Origin: a plasmid
Sequence record: NZ_CP118109.1
Strand: one strand, 5' to 3'
DNA length: 64,000 nucleotides
Shown: positions 63,710-64,000 of the stretch, piece after piece
How positions within the stretch are numbered: position 1 is the first letter of the stretch
How the letters are laid out: each line of letters opens with the position of its first letter
The notes under the pieces: generated by a model
The model's database searches: none
Told to the model about the DNA's origin: nothing
What the model saw: the letters and a program-made list of their open reading frames with translations, nothing else
Position numbers and translations under genes: made by a program

Positions 63710-63940
63710 CTACCCTTTCATCTCTTCTGTCTTTTCTATAACGAGCTGCAGTATTTCTGCCTGGACAGCGAGTGCAGCATTCATCATTTCCCTAATGTTT
63801 AATTCTTTGTCTTCTGATATCTTACGGATCTCTTCGAACATCAAGTCAGCTGCTTCAGCTGAGTTTTCCTTTTCTTTGTCCGTAAGCATGCTTTGCAGGA
63901 TTCCTAGAAACCCTTTCGATTGGTTAAGAAACTCTTCCAT
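63710..63940 (-). CDS. hypothetical acidic protein
   Basis: GGAGGAAAG RBS; ORF track. Confidence 0.45.
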   Translation of the reverse strand: MEEFLNQSKGFLGILQSMLTDKEKENSAEAADLMFEEIRKISEDKELNIREMMNAALAVQAEILQLVIEKTEEMKG

Positions 63941-64000
63941 GTTTTTCTTTCCTCCGTTAACTCATCCATGTCTTCATTCAGATCGGCAATATCTACCAAG

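Noticed and set aside
63900-64000. Partial minus-strand ORF running off the window end
   Set aside because: Truncated by the window; cannot be assessed.

Overview
The window reads as the replication, recombination and nucleotide-metabolism plus accessory region of a large phage or phage-like element. The host is probably a Bacillus/Paenibacillus-type Firmicute: GGAGG ribosome-binding sites, sigmaA TTGACA-N17-TATAAT promoters, one sigmaD promoter, and B. subtilis-like Hag, CsrA and DnaA-domain homologies all point that way. Genes are densely packed and almost all on the + strand. The minus-strand exceptions are the flagellin-csrA pair, a replication initiator, thymidylate kinase and a few small genes. 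Confidently recognised products are an SNF2 helicase, a ThiF/E1-like enzyme, a GT2 processive glycosyltransferase, a 3D-domain cell-wall protein, SSB, RecA, an AAA+ ATPase, a tandem ThyX, a UvrD/PcrA helicase, DnaG primase, a large SF2 helicase, the DnaN sliding clamp, flagellin, CsrA and Tmk. About 60 further ORFs are hypothetical, many of them zinc-ribbon proteins. The most interesting candidates are an E2-like/Ubl/E1 three-gene cassette; an RRNPP-like TPR receptor with an overlapping secreted pro-peptide gene; a sigmaD-driven csrA-hag pair; an origin-like iteron array with two perfect DnaA boxes beside a Rep protein carrying a DnaA domain-I-like C-terminus; a 1.6 kb ORF-free structured-RNA region containing tRNA-like elements; and a 14-bp dyad motif (TGTAAYGCRTTACA) recurring 13 times in intergenic regions. 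No capsid, tail, terminase or CRISPR features are seen in this window.
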